Source: an uncultured Alphaproteobacteria bacterium (GTDB lineage: Bacteria; Pseudomonadota; Alphaproteobacteria; HIMB59; GCA-002718135). From it: a stretch of DNA of 64,000 bases. Each line of letters opens with the position of its first letter. The stretch's first letter is position 1. The stretch spans positions 23,657 to 87,656 of the forward strand of contig CACOAX010000001.1 in assembly GCA_902625365.1 (NCBI GenBank), read 5' to 3'. The notes below the pieces were generated by a model, which had not been told where the DNA came from, made no database searches, and worked only from the letters and a program-made list of their open reading frames with translations. The position numbers and the translations under genes are program-made. Below are positions 47,745-59,209 of this stretch, piece after piece.

Positions 47745-49177
47745 ACTTTTAATATTCCCGGTAAATTACAAATAACTCCATACTTTCGACCTAAATCTTT
47801 ATCTGATGTACCAAATCTAAATTGATGAATAAGAGATGCCATATTTTCATGATCTTCAAAATTATTTTTAAGACAAGTTAAAATAAAATCATGAGATCTG
47901 TTTCCAGATTTAATAAGTATTGGAAGTTCTACTGAAGCAAACCACAACCTTCTCAATAACAATTCTGGTGATACCCAATCTACCTCAAAATCACTCCAGC
48001 CATTAGGTTGTTTAGCACGATATGGTGAGTGCCCAATTTCTCTAAGTATCCATGACAGTTGTCTTTGTTTTCTATTTGGCTTTGATTTAAAAGTATAATT
48101 CATTTTTTCAAAAGAAAGCGGAATATCTAAATCAAACATTCTAGATAATTGCATTAACCATATTTCTGGTGGATGAAATTTATGAGTACTCTCATTATAT
48201 TTGTAAGCTTGCTTAATAACTGCTTTGTGAATTTCAATTAATTTACCATTAGATTTATTCCACGCCTCTATTACTGGTTTTATCATTTCTTCGGTTGGTT
48301 CATCTGTAATAAAATGCCTACAAAGTTTTGTTGAAACAAATTTTATACAGATTGGGTGTGTTGCCAAATCATGAATTACTTTTGCAAGTTCTCTTTTTGC
48401 ATCATTTTTATATTTAACTCCTAAAACTACTTTATCTCCTTTTTGATGCATTTCTTGATCAAACCATATGTCCCCAGTCTCTAGATTTTTTCTATCCCAT
48501 TTGTGCGCCCAACCTGTCATGATATAGGCTAACTGAATCACATCTTCCTGAGTGTATCCAGCATTTGGAGATACTGTATGTAATTCTAATAATTCTCTTG
48601 CATGATTTTCGTTTATAGTTTCCCCCCACTCCATTCCTTTTTTAGAATTGGGACCAAAAGATTCTGAATTATCAAGGTGGTGAATCATACACCATGAAGT
48701 TGTAACTGACTTAACCATCTCTTCAAAAGTTTTAACCATCTTAGGTCTAATAATCTCACGTTGATAGGGTCCAGTGCTAAACTCTGCTAGAAAATCTTTT
48801 TCACTTATTGCAAAATGGTTTCCCCAAAAAAGCCAGAAACGCTCAAAAACAGGTTGTTTGGAATACTTTGTTTGAAAATGACGAATAGCATGTTCATTTA
48901 ATTCAAAATATCTTTCGCCAGTTTTTATTCTTAATTCATCTTTTGCTTTTCTATACGCATGTTTATCATTTTTAAATTTTTTTCTTAAAACTTCTCTATC
49001 CCCGTACACCCATTCACCATATTTTTTTCTTAAATCTTTTTCTGTTGGGATTTTTCCAGACCACAAGAGATCAGGTATGGTATCTAATTGATTTATTGCC
49101 CAATTAAGAGGATCTTTATCTGGTTTTTCATTTGGCGATAGACCAAACGCTACCCGTCTATAAAAATTTAATGACAT
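47741..49177 (-). CDS. DUF1800 domain protein
   Basis: FWGNHFA, LDN, NENHARELLELHT, YTQEDV; paired with DUF1501. Confidence 0.92.
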   Translation of the reverse strand: MSLNFYRRVAFGLSPNEKPDKDPLNWAINQLDTIPDLLWSGKIPTEKDLRKKYGEWVYGDREVLRKKFKNDKHAYRKAKDELRIKTGERYFELNEHAIRHFQTKYSKQPVFERFWLFWGNHFAISEKDFLAEFSTGPYQREIIRPKMVKTFEEMVKSVTTSWCMIHHLDNSESFGPNSKKGMEWGETINENHARELLELHTVSPNAGYTQEDVIQLAYIMTGWAHKWDRKNLETGDIWFDQEMHQKGDKVVLGVKYKNDAKRELAKVIHDLATHPICIKFVSTKLCRHFITDEPTEEMIKPVIEAWNKSNGKLIEIHKAVIKQAYKYNESTHKFHPPEIWLMQLSRMFDLDIPLSFEKMNYTFKSKPNRKQRQLSWILREIGHSPYRAKQPNGWSDFEVDWVSPELLLRRLWFASVELPILIKSGNRSHDFILTCLKNNFEDHENMASLIHQFRFGTSDKDLGRKYGVICNLPGILKV

Positions 49178-49229
49178 ATATAAAAAAAAATAGTTTACAT
49201 ATATTTATAATTTTTAAAAATAAATTTTA

Positions 49230-49880
49230 ATGAAAAATATACCTCTAAAAATTTGTGGCATAACAAATGTGAAATCTGTTGAAGTGGCACATAAAAATAA
49301 AATAAAATCATTGGGTTTTGCAAGTAAAAATTTAAATGGACCAAACACAGTTAGTGATAAAAAAATACAATCATTAATTAAAGAATGTAAAAATTATAAG
49401 ATAGAATCAGTACTTCTGACTCGGTATGTATCTTTAGACAAGCTAATAGAACAAATAGATTTTACAAAACCAAAGACAATTTCATGTTCATATCATTTTC
49501 CCAAAAAAGATTTATTAAAAATAAAAAAAATATTTAGAAGATTAAAAATAGGTATTGCAATTAATCCAGAAAATTTTGATAAAAAGTACATTGTATCAAT
49601 TAGAAAAATTGTTGATGTTATTTATTTTGATATGAATGTTTATAGAAAAAAGAGTATTAAAAAGTATTCATTGAGAAAAAGTATTAAACAAATACAATTT
49701 ATAAAAAGTAAAAATATTCCAGTTTATATTGGTGGTGGTATAGACAAAAAAAATGTTTCCAACATTCTAAAACAAATAACACCTTTTGGATTAGATATTT
49801 CTAGAAGTTTGAAAAATCAGAGAAATTTAATATCTAAATCAAAACTCAGAGATTTTTTAAATCAAATTTCGGTAGGATAA
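49230..49880 (+). CDS. Divergent TrpF (phosphoribosylanthranilate isomerase)-like protein
   Basis: LKICGITN N-terminus, GGGI...NV, GLDISRSL; lacks the usual QLHG motif. Confidence 0.6.
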   Translation: MKNIPLKICGITNVKSVEVAHKNKIKSLGFASKNLNGPNTVSDKKIQSLIKECKNYKIESVLLTRYVSLDKLIEQIDFTKPKTISCSYHFPKKDLLKIKKIFRRLKIGIAINPENFDKKYIVSIRKIVDVIYFDMNVYRKKSIKKYSLRKSIKQIQFIKSKNIPVYIGGGIDKKNVSNILKQITPFGLDISRSLKNQRNLISKSKLRDFLNQISVG

Positions 49881-50357
49881 TTTTTTAATAATATATTTAT
49901 TTTGCAACGCTTTCGATAATACTTTTATTGATTTTTTTTCGATCGGATGTCTGAAAAATGGATCAATATCAAGTATTGGATATAATACAAAGTCTCTTTC
50001 AGCTGCTCTTGGGTGAGGAATTACTAAATTTTTTTTATTAAATTTTTGTTTGCCAAAAAAAATAATATCTAAATCTATATTTCTTGGACCATTGATAATC
50101 TTTTTATTTTTTTTTAATTTTTTTTCAATTTCATAAATATTATTTATTAATTCTAATGGCTGCTGATTGGTTAATAGTTTTATAGCAGTGTTAAAAAAAT
50201 TACTTTGTGATTTATATCCATAAGGAGAAGAAATATAAATATTTGCAAATTTTTTTATTTTACCAATATTTTCTAACTCTCTAACAGCACAGCGTAAATT
50301 AAATACAGCATTACCTAGATTTGAGCCAAGTGCGATTATTGTTTCAGTTTGATACAC
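49857..50357 (-). CDS. folK: Hydroxymethyldihydropterin pyrophosphokinase
   Basis: IALGSNLG, GPRNIDLDI, PHPRAAERDFVL. Confidence 0.94.
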   Translation of the reverse strand: MYQTETIIALGSNLGNAVFNLRCAVRELENIGKIKKFANIYISSPYGYKSQSNFFNTAIKLLTNQQPLELINNIYEIEKKLKKNKKIINGPRNIDLDIIFFGKQKFNKKNLVIPHPRAAERDFVLYPILDIDPFFRHPIEKKSIKVLSKALQNKYIIKKLSYRNLI

Positions 50358-50688
50358 TTAGTGATTCAGCTCCATATTTTTTTGCTACAGCTGTTTTGTT
50401 AATTGTAATTTTAACTTTTTTTATTTTAAATTCTTTTTCAAGAACATTGGATGTTTTTATAATTAAATGTTCAAGAGTATGCGATTGAGATTCCTTTATG
50501 AAAGTTTTTAAATATTTTGTAATAGATGAATAATCCTTAACATTATTAATATTATTTAAATCTAGTGAGTTTTTAACAGGATAACTAAATTCTAATGTTA
50601 CCTTTAATAACTGTTTTTTCTTTCTCTCTTGGGCAGTGATGCCTATGTTTGCATTGATGGATAAGTTTTTAATTTCTACTTTGAACAT
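50344..50688 (-). CDS. folB: Dihydroneopterin aldolase
   Basis: IGITAQER...Q, DY, TLE; lies between folP and folK. Confidence 0.88.
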   Translation of the reverse strand: MFKVEIKNLSINANIGITAQERKKKQLLKVTLEFSYPVKNSLDLNNINNVKDYSSITKYLKTFIKESQSHTLEHLIIKTSNVLEKEFKIKKVKITINKTAVAKKYGAESLSVSN

Positions 50689-51494
50689 AGTTTTTCAAAA
50701 ATTTTTAATGATTGAGACGTTTCTTTTATGTCGTGAACTCTAAATATATCAACTCCCTTTTGATAACAATATAATGCAGAGGCGATTGAACCTCCCAATC
50801 TTTGATTTGTTTCACTCTTATCTATGAAGTTGATCCAGCTTTTTCTAGATGATCCTAATAATAATCCATATCCCTTAAACTTAAACTGATTAATTTTTTG
50901 CATAATTTCTATATTTTGTTTTAAATTTTTACCAAAACCAATACCTGGGTCAAACCAAACTTTGGATGAAGGAATTTTTATTTTTTCTAATTGTTTAATT
51001 TTCTGAAGAAATATTTTTTTAATATCTTGTACAACATTGTTATATGAGTGTATTTTCTTTTGCATAGTTTTGGGTGGTGCAGGTGTGTGCATTAAAATTA
51101 AACCAGTTTTAAATTTTTTAGTTAAAAAGAATAAATCTTCTGAGCCGCCGAAGACATCATTTATAATATGTGCTCCCATATTCAATGCATATTCTTGAGT
51201 TTCAATTTTATTAGTATCAACAGATATGACAAATTTATTTTTTGGCAATTTTTTTAATATCGGTTCTAATCTTTTAACTTCTTCTTTGTGTGTTAATGGA
51301 TCTGAGCCAGGTCTTGTACTTTCTGCCCCAATGTCAATAATACTTGCTCCATTTTTAACCATTTCTTTAATATTTTTTAGTGCATCTGAACTTTTAAAAC
51401 TCTTTCCACCATCACTAAAAGAGTCAGGGGTGACGTTGCATATTCCCATTACCGTTGGACTAGTTAGTTTAAAATTATATTTACCTAATTTCAT
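50676..51494 (-). CDS. folP: Dihydropteroate synthase
   Basis: NVTPDSFSDGG, GAESTRPG, DPGIGFGK, SRKS, RVHD. Confidence 0.96.
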   Translation of the reverse strand: MKLGKYNFKLTSPTVMGICNVTPDSFSDGGKSFKSSDALKNIKEMVKNGASIIDIGAESTRPGSDPLTHKEEVKRLEPILKKLPKNKFVISVDTNKIETQEYALNMGAHIINDVFGGSEDLFFLTKKFKTGLILMHTPAPPKTMQKKIHSYNNVVQDIKKIFLQKIKQLEKIKIPSSKVWFDPGIGFGKNLKQNIEIMQKINQFKFKGYGLLLGSSRKSWINFIDKSETNQRLGGSIASALYCYQKGVDIFRVHDIKETSQSLKIFEKLCSK

Positions 51495-52246
51495 TTCAGT
51501 AATATTTTTGAATATTTTTTTGATAAAAAATTATATATTTTCATTGAAGACCTATACCAATTAAATTGTTTAATAAAAGAAATACTAACCACACCTTTAC
51601 CAGAACCAACTAAAAGGATTTCACTAAATTGATGTAAACTAGAAATATTAATATCTGTTCTATAAATTTTATAAGGGAGATTTTTAATTAAGTATTCTAG
51701 AGTAATTCCATAATAATAGTAATTTTTTGGAATAAATAATTTATTACCATTTACAAATATTAAATTGGTCGTAGAACCTTCTAAAATTTTATTGTTAAAG
51801 TAAAAAAGAATCTCTTCTTTTTGTAAATTAATTTTTTTTTGTAAAGAAATTATTTTTTTGTACTGTAAGTTTTTGAAGTTAGGTAAAACCCGTTGGAATC
51901 TAAAAAATTCTGCAGTAAAATACTTATGGTCTTTGTTTCGTTTACGTACAGATAATGAGATTATTTTTTTTGTGACTGCAATTCTTAATAGGTGGTCGTA
52001 ATTTTTAATTTTAGAATATTTATTTAAAAAATTGGTTAAAAGATTTTTTGAAATTTTAATATCAATGCCAAAATATCTTAAATCTTTATTTAGTTTTTTT
52101 AAATGCTGATCAACTAAGATAAAATTTGGCTCTTTGCCAAATAGTCTAATGGTTGTAAAGATGCCCTTGTATCCCCAAAGAGAATTGAACTTAAGTAATT
52201 TAAAATTCTTAGCGTGAAAGGATTTTTTTAATAAGATATTTACCAT
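51491..52246 (-). CDS. pabC: Aminotransferase class IV, probable aminodeoxychorismate lyase
   Basis: GIFTTIR, FKNLQY (PLP Lys), EGSTTNL, GIT; context pabB-pabA. Confidence 0.8.
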   Translation of the reverse strand: MVNILLKKSFHAKNFKLLKFNSLWGYKGIFTTIRLFGKEPNFILVDQHLKKLNKDLRYFGIDIKISKNLLTNFLNKYSKIKNYDHLLRIAVTKKIISLSVRKRNKDHKYFTAEFFRFQRVLPNFKNLQYKKIISLQKKINLQKEEILFYFNNKILEGSTTNLIFVNGNKLFIPKNYYYYGITLEYLIKNLPYKIYRTDINISSLHQFSEILLVGSGKGVVSISFIKQFNWYRSSMKIYNFLSKKYSKILLK

Positions 52247-52766
52247 TTGGAGTTAAAAATGAATCTGGGTGAAACTGTAATCCATAGACTTTATTAATAT
52301 CATCTTCAACCGCCATTGCTACATTTGTTTTTACACAACGCATTGTAATTATCATTGATTGAGAAACAAATGGTTCAGTCATTTTTAAGGAATGATATCG
52401 ACCTCCTAAAAAACTAAAATTTTTTTTAAAAATTGATTTATCGTTAGTAACTTTAATATGACTCTGATAACCATGAAGAATATTTTTTTGTTGAACTATT
52501 TTAGCTCCTTCACAAAAAACTATTTGTTGGAAACCTAAACATATTCCTAATATTTTTTTCTTTCCTTTATATTTATTGTAAATCTTAGTTGTTAATGGAT
52601 AATCTTTTGGTTCACCAGGGCCTGGTGAAAGAACGATCGTCGAAGATTTTTTTAGTTTTGTTTGATCTATTTCATAATAATTTGAAACAAATGTTGGCTC
52701 AATACTATCTAGTAGATGAGCTAAATTGTATGTGAATGAATCTTCGTGATCAATGAGATAAATCAT
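52209..52766 (-). CDS. pabA: Glutamine amidotransferase (PabA/TrpG)
   Basis: DSFTYNL, SPGPGEP, GICLG, RYHSL, QFHPDS. Confidence 0.9.
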   Translation of the reverse strand: MIYLIDHEDSFTYNLAHLLDSIEPTFVSNYYEIDQTKLKKSSTIVLSPGPGEPKDYPLTTKIYNKYKGKKKILGICLGFQQIVFCEGAKIVQQKNILHGYQSHIKVTNDKSIFKKNFSFLGGRYHSLKMTEPFVSQSMIITMRCVKTNVAMAVEDDINKVYGLQFHPDSFLTPNGKYLIKKILSR

Positions 52767-53971
52767 TAGTTAAATAGATCTAAAAGTGATTTAGCTTTAA
52801 TATAATTTTCATTATATTCTTTTTTTGCGGTACTGCCTAAGATCACACCACTAGCAACTGATAATTCGATATCATTTTTAAAATTAAGTAGTGTTCTAAT
52901 CATTATGTTAAATCGCATATCACCATTTGAATGTATAATTCCAAAACTGCCTGTATAAATATTTCTGTCAAATTTTTCTTTTCTATTTAGAAGTTGAATA
53001 GTACTAATTTTTGGACAACCAATAACTGAACCGCCTGGCATTAAAGAAGAAATTATATCATGGTTACTCATTTTATTTTTTATAACTCCCTTGATTGTAG
53101 TAACGTAATGAAAAAGATCTCGATATTCCTCAACTTTTTTTAGTTTATCTATTTTAACAGATCCAGTTTTACAAATTTTAGACAGATCATTTCTTTCCAT
53201 ATCAACAATCATATTATGTTCTTTAGTTTCTTTTTCATTTCTTCTAAAGAATGTGAGAGCTTTATTTTTATTTAAATGCTTTGTTTTTCTTAATGTTCCT
53301 GCAATAGGTTTAGTTATAATTGTATTTTCTTTTTTCAATATGAGTGTCTCTGGTGAACAACTTACGATATTATAGTCTTTTTCCCTGATAAGAAAACTTT
53401 CAGGCGATTCATTCATTTTCATTAGCTTCCAAAAAAGATCAATAGAATTGATATTACCTTTTTTCGAATATGTTTGAGCTATTTTGATTTGATAAGTTTT
53501 TCCCTGTTTAATATTTTTAGAGAAATCATTAAATATCTTAGAGTACTGCTTTAAAGATAAATTAAGATTAAACTTTTTATTTAACTGTAAATATTTTTTC
53601 ATATTGATACTTATATTTCTAAAATTGGGTTTAATGCTTTTGATTATTATTTTTTTACCAATACTAATTTTAGTTTGTGGCTTGTAAAATACACCGCTAT
53701 GAAAGTTTTTAGATCGCTGTTTTGGAAACTTTATTCCTATATTTTCACAAAGAAGTTTATAACCAAAGAAACCGACATAACAATTCAATTCTTCAATCTT
53801 AGATTTTTTTGATTTTGATTGGATATTAAGAAAATATTTTAGATTTTTTTTATTAATAATAATTCTTCTAGAAAAATCAGTATAGATGTCATAACCCTTA
53901 TCAGTTTTATAAATTATAAGAGGTTTATCTGATTGATATAGTCTATTTAGATATTCTTTATTGTTCAGCAC
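52766..53971 (-). CDS. pabB: Chorismate-binding enzyme, probable aminodeoxychorismate synthase
   Basis: SCSPE, TKPIAGT, KETKEHNMIVDMERND, PGGSVIGCPK, NIMIRT; folate context. Confidence 0.85.
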   Translation of the reverse strand: MLNNKEYLNRLYQSDKPLIIYKTDKGYDIYTDFSRRIIINKKNLKYFLNIQSKSKKSKIEELNCYVGFFGYKLLCENIGIKFPKQRSKNFHSGVFYKPQTKISIGKKIIIKSIKPNFRNISINMKKYLQLNKKFNLNLSLKQYSKIFNDFSKNIKQGKTYQIKIAQTYSKKGNINSIDLFWKLMKMNESPESFLIREKDYNIVSCSPETLILKKENTIITKPIAGTLRKTKHLNKNKALTFFRRNEKETKEHNMIVDMERNDLSKICKTGSVKIDKLKKVEEYRDLFHYVTTIKGVIKNKMSNHDIISSLMPGGSVIGCPKISTIQLLNRKEKFDRNIYTGSFGIIHSNGDMRFNIMIRTLLNFKNDIELSVASGVILGSTAKKEYNENYIKAKSLLDLFN

Positions 53972-53999
53972 TTGATTCTATTATAATTAGGATACTTAT

Positions 54000-54422
54000 A
54001 TGAAAAGTTTTTTTACTAAAATATTCTTTTTTGGCTTAACAGTCACATGGTCTTTAGGTCTTTTTGCACATGGAACTATCATTTTTCCAAATGTAGAACA
54101 TGGTGATGGCTACATTGATGTTAAGATATATGACTCAAAAGAGAGCTTTTTGGATGAAGAATTAGCTATTGAGAGCGTCAGAAAAAGAGTGCAAAAAGGT
54201 GAGGTTGTTGTTCCTTTGAGTAAGATACATGAAGGAAAAATAGCAATTGTTGCCTATCATGATGAAGATTCAGACGGAAAATTAAAGACTGGATTATTCT
54301 GGAGACCAAAAGAAGGTTTTGCCTTTAGTAATAATTATCAACCAAAAGGTCCTCCATCGTTTGAAAAAGCCGCAATCATTTTAGTTCATGGCGAACCCGT
54401 GGTAATAGAACTTAATTATTAA
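54000..54422 (+). CDS. DUF2141 family exported protein
   Basis: Signal peptide; YHDEDSDGKL...PKEGFAFSNN...GPPSF. Confidence 0.88.
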   Translation: MKSFFTKIFFFGLTVTWSLGLFAHGTIIFPNVEHGDGYIDVKIYDSKESFLDEELAIESVRKRVQKGEVVVPLSKIHEGKIAIVAYHDEDSDGKLKTGLFWRPKEGFAFSNNYQPKGPPSFEKAAIILVHGEPVVIELNY

Positions 54423-54433
54423 AAATTATACTG

Positions 54434-55816
54434 ATGTCATTACAGTTACAAAACACATTAAGTGGTAAAAAAGAATTTTTTAAACCAGTTAATCCAGATC
54501 ATGTAAGAATATATGCGTGCGGCCCAACTGTTTACAATTTCGCGCACATAGGTAATGCACGTATGGCAGTTGTAAATGATTTATTAGTTCGTGTATTAAA
54601 AACACAATTTAAACAAGTGACCTATGTGTCTAATATCACAGACATTGATGACAAGATTATAGAAGCTTCTAAAGAAACGGGTGAAGACATTAGTGTTATC
54701 ACAAATAAATATACAGAGATTTACAATAATGACATGAGCGCACTTGGCGTTAATCTTCCTGATATTCAGCCAAGGGCAACTGATCATATTAAAGAAATGA
54801 TCGAGTTAATAAAAAAATTAATTGATGAAAATAAAGCTTATGAAAAAGAGGGTCATGTTTTATTTCATGTGCCAAGTTTTGATAATTATGGAATTCTTTC
54901 AAAAAGAAATAGAGATGAACAAATAGCTGGAAGCCGTGTTGAAGTAGCACCGTTCAAAAAAGATCCAGCAGATTTTATTTTATGGAAACCATCTCCTTCT
55001 CCCTTACCTGGTTGGGATTCACCCTGGGGATTTGGAAGACCGGGATGGCATTTAGAGTGCTCCGTTATGTCAGAAAAATCACTAGGTCTTCCTTTTGATA
55101 TCCATAGTGGTGGTATTGACTTGGTGTTTCCGCATCATGAAAATGAAATAGCGCAAACTTGTTCTATATCTGAAAACAAAGATCCTAAAGATTTTGCAAC
55201 TTATTGGTTTCATAATGGATTTGTTAATGTTGAGGGAGAAAAAATGTCAAAGTCAATTGGCAATATTAAGCTCGTTCATGAACTCAATAAAAAATACAAG
55301 GGAGAGGTTTTGAGACTAACATTGTTATCAGCTCATTACAAACAGCCATTGAACTGGACAGAAGAAATCATTGAACAAAATAGCAAAATGATCGATCGAC
55401 TTTATAGAGTTCTATTAGAGCTGTCAGAAGTTGAAATAGATACTAACTTACCTTCTGATTCTATAATGGAATCATTTTTAGATGATTTGAATACACCTAA
55501 AGTCATTGCAAAACTTAATGAAGAAGCAAATGATACTTCATCTGCATCTGATGAAAGAAAAAAAGAAATCAAAAAAAATCTTCTTTCTGCCGGTAAAATA
55601 TTAGGTATTCTTGGAGATGATCCAGGAAATTGGTTAGGCTATAATCAAAAAGATACTGAAAATACTCAAGAAATTGAAAGGTTGATAAATGAACGTAATG
55701 AAGCTAGACGCAGTAAAAATTTTAATTTGGCAGATACTATTAGGGACACATTAAAAGATAAAGGCATAGAAATAGAAGATACTGATAAAGGAACGATTTG
55801 GCGGAAATCTAGATGA
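54434..55816 (+). CDS. cysS: Cysteine--tRNA ligase
   Basis: [31 protein letters not shown]. Confidence 0.98.
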   Translation: MSLQLQNTLSGKKEFFKPVNPDHVRIYACGPTVYNFAHIGNARMAVVNDLLVRVLKTQFKQVTYVSNITDIDDKIIEASKETGEDISVITNKYTEIYNNDMSALGVNLPDIQPRATDHIKEMIELIKKLIDENKAYEKEGHVLFHVPSFDNYGILSKRNRDEQIAGSRVEVAPFKKDPADFILWKPSPSPLPGWDSPWGFGRPGWHLECSVMSEKSLGLPFDIHSGGIDLVFPHHENEIAQTCSISENKDPKDFATYWFHNGFVNVEGEKMSKSIGNIKLVHELNKKYKGEVLRLTLLSAHYKQPLNWTEEIIEQNSKMIDRLYRVLLELSEVEIDTNLPSDSIMESFLDDLNTPKVIAKLNEEANDTSSASDERKKEIKKNLLSAGKILGILGDDPGNWLGYNQKDTENTQEIERLINERNEARRSKNFNLADTIRDTLKDKGIEIEDTDKGTIWRKSR

Positions 55817-57738
55817 GTGAAAAAATAATAATTACATTTCCAGATGGAAATAAAAAGGAAGTTGATAAAGGCATCAGTGGTCTTGAATTGGCATCACAAA
55901 TTTCTAAATCTCTTGCCAAAGAATCAGTCGCTATAAAAATTAATAATGAGATAAAAGATATTAGTTTACCTATTAACGGTGATGCATCTGTATCAATTTT
56001 AAAAAGAGATAGCGAGGAAGCACTTGAATTAATACGACATGATTGTGCTCATGTAATGGCAGAAGCCGTCCAAGAATTATTCCCTGGAACTCAAGTTACA
56101 ATTGGTCCAGCAATTGAAAATGGTTTCTATTATGATTTTGCAAGAGATGAACCTTTTACTATTGCTGATCTTCCAAAAATTGAAAAGAAGATGCATGATA
56201 TCATTCAAAGAAACAAAAATTTTATAAGAGAAGTATGGTCTAAAGAAGAATCGATAAAATATTTTAAAGACAAAGGTGAAGACTATAAAGTTGAATTAAT
56301 TAATGATCTGCCTGATAATGAGGAAATCAGTATTTACAAACAAGGTGATTGGTTAGACTTGTGCAGAGGTCCTCATATGGTTTCAACAAAACAAATTGGT
56401 AAAGGATTTAAATTAATGAAAGTTGCTGGTGCTTACTGGCGAGGTGACTCATCTAATGCAATGCTAACAAGAATTTATGGAACAGCCTGGGCAACAGAAA
56501 AGGGTCTTGAGCAACACCTTTTACAAATTGAAGAAGCAGAAAAAAGAGATCACCGAAAACTAGGAAGAGAAATGGATTTATTTCATTTTCAGGAAGAGGC
56601 CCCTGGAGCGGTTTTTTGGCATCCTAAAGGTTGGACATTATTCCAGTCACTAATAAATTATATGCGAAACAGACAAGACAAAGCAGGTTACGTAGAAACT
56701 AATACGCCAGACATGATGGATAAGTCTCTATGGGAAACATCTGGTCACTGGGATAAATTTAGTGACATGATGTTTAGGACTGAAGCTAAAGACGATAAAA
56801 TTTATGCTATCAAACCAATGAATTGCCCTGGTGCTGTAGAAATTTTTAAACAAGGATTAAAAAGTTATAGAGACTTACCATTTCTATTATCTGAATTTGG
56901 AAAAGTTCATCGTTATGAACCATCAGGTGCTCTTCATGGATTAATGAGGGTGAGAGCATTTACACAAGATGATGCACATATATTTTGTACAGAAGATCAA
57001 ATTACACAAGAGAGTAAAACGGTATGTGATTTGATACTTAGTATCTATAAGGACTTTGGTTTTGATAATGTTAGAATTAAATTTTCAGATCGTCCTGAAA
57101 AACGCGTAGGCGATGATGACATTTGGGATAAGGCTGAAGCTGCATTAATGCAAGCCATGGAAGCGACGGGTCTTGAGTACTCACTCAACCCAGGAGAAGG
57201 TGCATTTTACGGTCCAAAATTAGAGTTTGTTTTACGTGATGCAATTGGCAGAGACTGGCAATGCGGAACATTACAGGTAGATTTAAATTTACCTGGAAGA
57301 TTAGGAGCTACTTATATTGGTGAAGATGGTAATAAAAAAATACCAGTCATGTTGCATAGAGCTCTATTTGGTTCCTTGGAGAGATTCACTGGCATTCTAA
57401 TTGAACATTATGCAGGTCATCTTCCTTTTTGGCTTTCTCCACTGCAAGCGGTAGTTGCTACAATTACATCTGATACTGATGAGTATGCATATGAAGTACA
57501 AAAAGAATTGGTTTCAAAAGGAATCAGGGCAGAAATAGATACACGTAATGAAAAAATTGGTTATAAAATACGAGAACACAGTAATAGTAAAGTGCCAGCA
57601 ATTATAGCTGTTGGAAAAAAAGAAGCTCAAGATAAAACAGTATCTGTTAGAAGAATAGGATCTTCTGAAACAAATACCTTTAAATTAGAAGATATTGTTA
57701 CTAGCTTATCTAAAGAAGCAAAATCACCAGTAGAATAA
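55813..57738 (+). CDS. thrS: Threonine--tRNA ligase
   Basis: TGS domain, [31 protein letters not shown]. Confidence 0.98.
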   Translation: MSEKIIITFPDGNKKEVDKGISGLELASQISKSLAKESVAIKINNEIKDISLPINGDASVSILKRDSEEALELIRHDCAHVMAEAVQELFPGTQVTIGPAIENGFYYDFARDEPFTIADLPKIEKKMHDIIQRNKNFIREVWSKEESIKYFKDKGEDYKVELINDLPDNEEISIYKQGDWLDLCRGPHMVSTKQIGKGFKLMKVAGAYWRGDSSNAMLTRIYGTAWATEKGLEQHLLQIEEAEKRDHRKLGREMDLFHFQEEAPGAVFWHPKGWTLFQSLINYMRNRQDKAGYVETNTPDMMDKSLWETSGHWDKFSDMMFRTEAKDDKIYAIKPMNCPGAVEIFKQGLKSYRDLPFLLSEFGKVHRYEPSGALHGLMRVRAFTQDDAHIFCTEDQITQESKTVCDLILSIYKDFGFDNVRIKFSDRPEKRVGDDDIWDKAEAALMQAMEATGLEYSLNPGEGAFYGPKLEFVLRDAIGRDWQCGTLQVDLNLPGRLGATYIGEDGNKKIPVMLHRALFGSLERFTGILIEHYAGHLPFWLSPLQAVVATITSDTDEYAYEVQKELVSKGIRAEIDTRNEKIGYKIREHSNSKVPAIIAVGKKEAQDKTVSVRRIGSSETNTFKLEDIVTSLSKEAKSPVE

Positions 57739-57741
57739 GTA

Positions 57742-58743
57742 ATGAATAATATGCAAGGCAAGTTTCCAAGTACAAGACTTAGACGTAATAGAATGAAAGA
57801 ATTTTCTCGTCGTTTAGTAGCCGAAAATACTCTTAGCGTTAATGATTTAATCTTACCTTTATTTGTATGTGAGGGAAATAATATTGATGATCCTATTAAT
57901 TCAATGCCTGGAGTTAGCAGATACTCTATTGATAAACTTTTAAACGAAGTAGAAAAAGCTGTTAAATTTAATATTCCTGCCATTGCAATCTTTCCGCAAA
58001 TTGAAAGTAGTCTTAAAAATTCTAAGGGAAGTTTAGCTGTAGATGAAAACAATTTGGTGTGCAGATCAATTAAAAGTATCAAAAAAGATTTTCCAAATAT
58101 TGGTATCGTATGTGATGTTGCGTTAGATCCTTTTACGGACCATGGGCATGATGGTTTAGTTATTAATGATAAAATAGATAATGATAAAACTTTGGAGGTC
58201 TTGGAACAACAAGCTCTAATCCAAGCGAATGCTGGTTGTGATGTAATCGCCCCATCCGATATGATGGATGGTAGGGTTGGAAGAATAAGAAGTGCATTAG
58301 ACTCAAATAATTTAACAGATACCCTAATACTTTCTTATGCTGCGAAATATGCTTCAGGTTTTTATGGGCCTTTTAGAGATGCTATAGGTTCTGGTTCTAG
58401 TTTAGGTAAAGATGGTAAATTAACATATCAAATGGATCCATCAAACAGCGAGGAAGCGATTAGAGAAGTTGGATTAGATATAAGTGAAGGAGCAGATATG
58501 GTAATGGTTAAACCTGGTATGCCTTATCTTGATATTATTTCTAGAATAAAATCAGAATTTAAAGTTCCAACTTTTGCCTACCAAGTATCTGGTGAATATT
58601 CGATGATAAAAGAGTCAATTAATAAAGGTTGGCTCAATGAAAAAGTTATAATGGAATCTCTTTTATCTTTTAAAAGAGCAGGAGCAAATGGTATACTAAC
58701 TTACTTCGCATTAGAAGCTGCTGAAAAATTAAAAAATGAATAA
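57742..58743 (+). CDS. hemB: Porphobilinogen synthase
   Basis: [45 protein letters not shown]. Confidence 0.97.
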   Translation: MNNMQGKFPSTRLRRNRMKEFSRRLVAENTLSVNDLILPLFVCEGNNIDDPINSMPGVSRYSIDKLLNEVEKAVKFNIPAIAIFPQIESSLKNSKGSLAVDENNLVCRSIKSIKKDFPNIGIVCDVALDPFTDHGHDGLVINDKIDNDKTLEVLEQQALIQANAGCDVIAPSDMMDGRVGRIRSALDSNNLTDTLILSYAAKYASGFYGPFRDAIGSGSSLGKDGKLTYQMDPSNSEEAIREVGLDISEGADMVMVKPGMPYLDIISRIKSEFKVPTFAYQVSGEYSMIKESINKGWLNEKVIMESLLSFKRAGANGILTYFALEAAEKLKNE

Positions 58744-59209
58744 CATTCAATTTGAAAAAAGGAAATCTATAGAACAGGTTGAGGAGTCAAATGAACTTGC
58801 TCCAAAATTTGACTCAAACGGTCTGATACCAGTTGTGACTACAGATTTTTCATCTGGTGAACTACTTATGCAAGGTTATATGAATGAAGAAGCCTTTAAA
58901 AAAACTATAAGTTTTGGCGAAGCTGTTTATTATTCTAGAAGTAGAAATACCCTTTGGCATAAGGGTAAAACAAGTGGATTAACTCAGAAGATAAAAGAAA
59001 TAAGAATTGATGATGATCAAGATTGTGTTTGGTTAAGGGTTGATGTCAAAGGTGGTGCTAGCTGTCATGTAGGATATAGATCATGTTTTTATAGAAGTAT
59101 TCCTTTGAATAATTCTAGCTCTAAAGTTGTTCTTGAATTTGAAGAGAAAGAAAAAGTTTTTGATCCTGAAGAAGTATATAAAGGTGCTCCAAATCCTACT
59201 AAACTATAA
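58736..59209 (+). CDS. hisI: Phosphoribosyl-AMP cyclohydrolase
   Basis: [29 protein letters not shown]. Confidence 0.93.
   Translation: MNNIQFEKRKSIEQVEESNELAPKFDSNGLIPVVTTDFSSGELLMQGYMNEEAFKKTISFGEAVYYSRSRNTLWHKGKTSGLTQKIKEIRIDDDQDCVWLRVDVKGGASCHVGYRSCFYRSIPLNNSSSKVVLEFEEKEKVFDPEEVYKGAPNPTKL

Noticed and set aside
52209-53971. Anthranilate synthase trpEG
   Set aside because: Followed by a class IV aminotransferase and folP-folB-folK, which favours pabBA; not fully excluded given the TrpF-like neighbour
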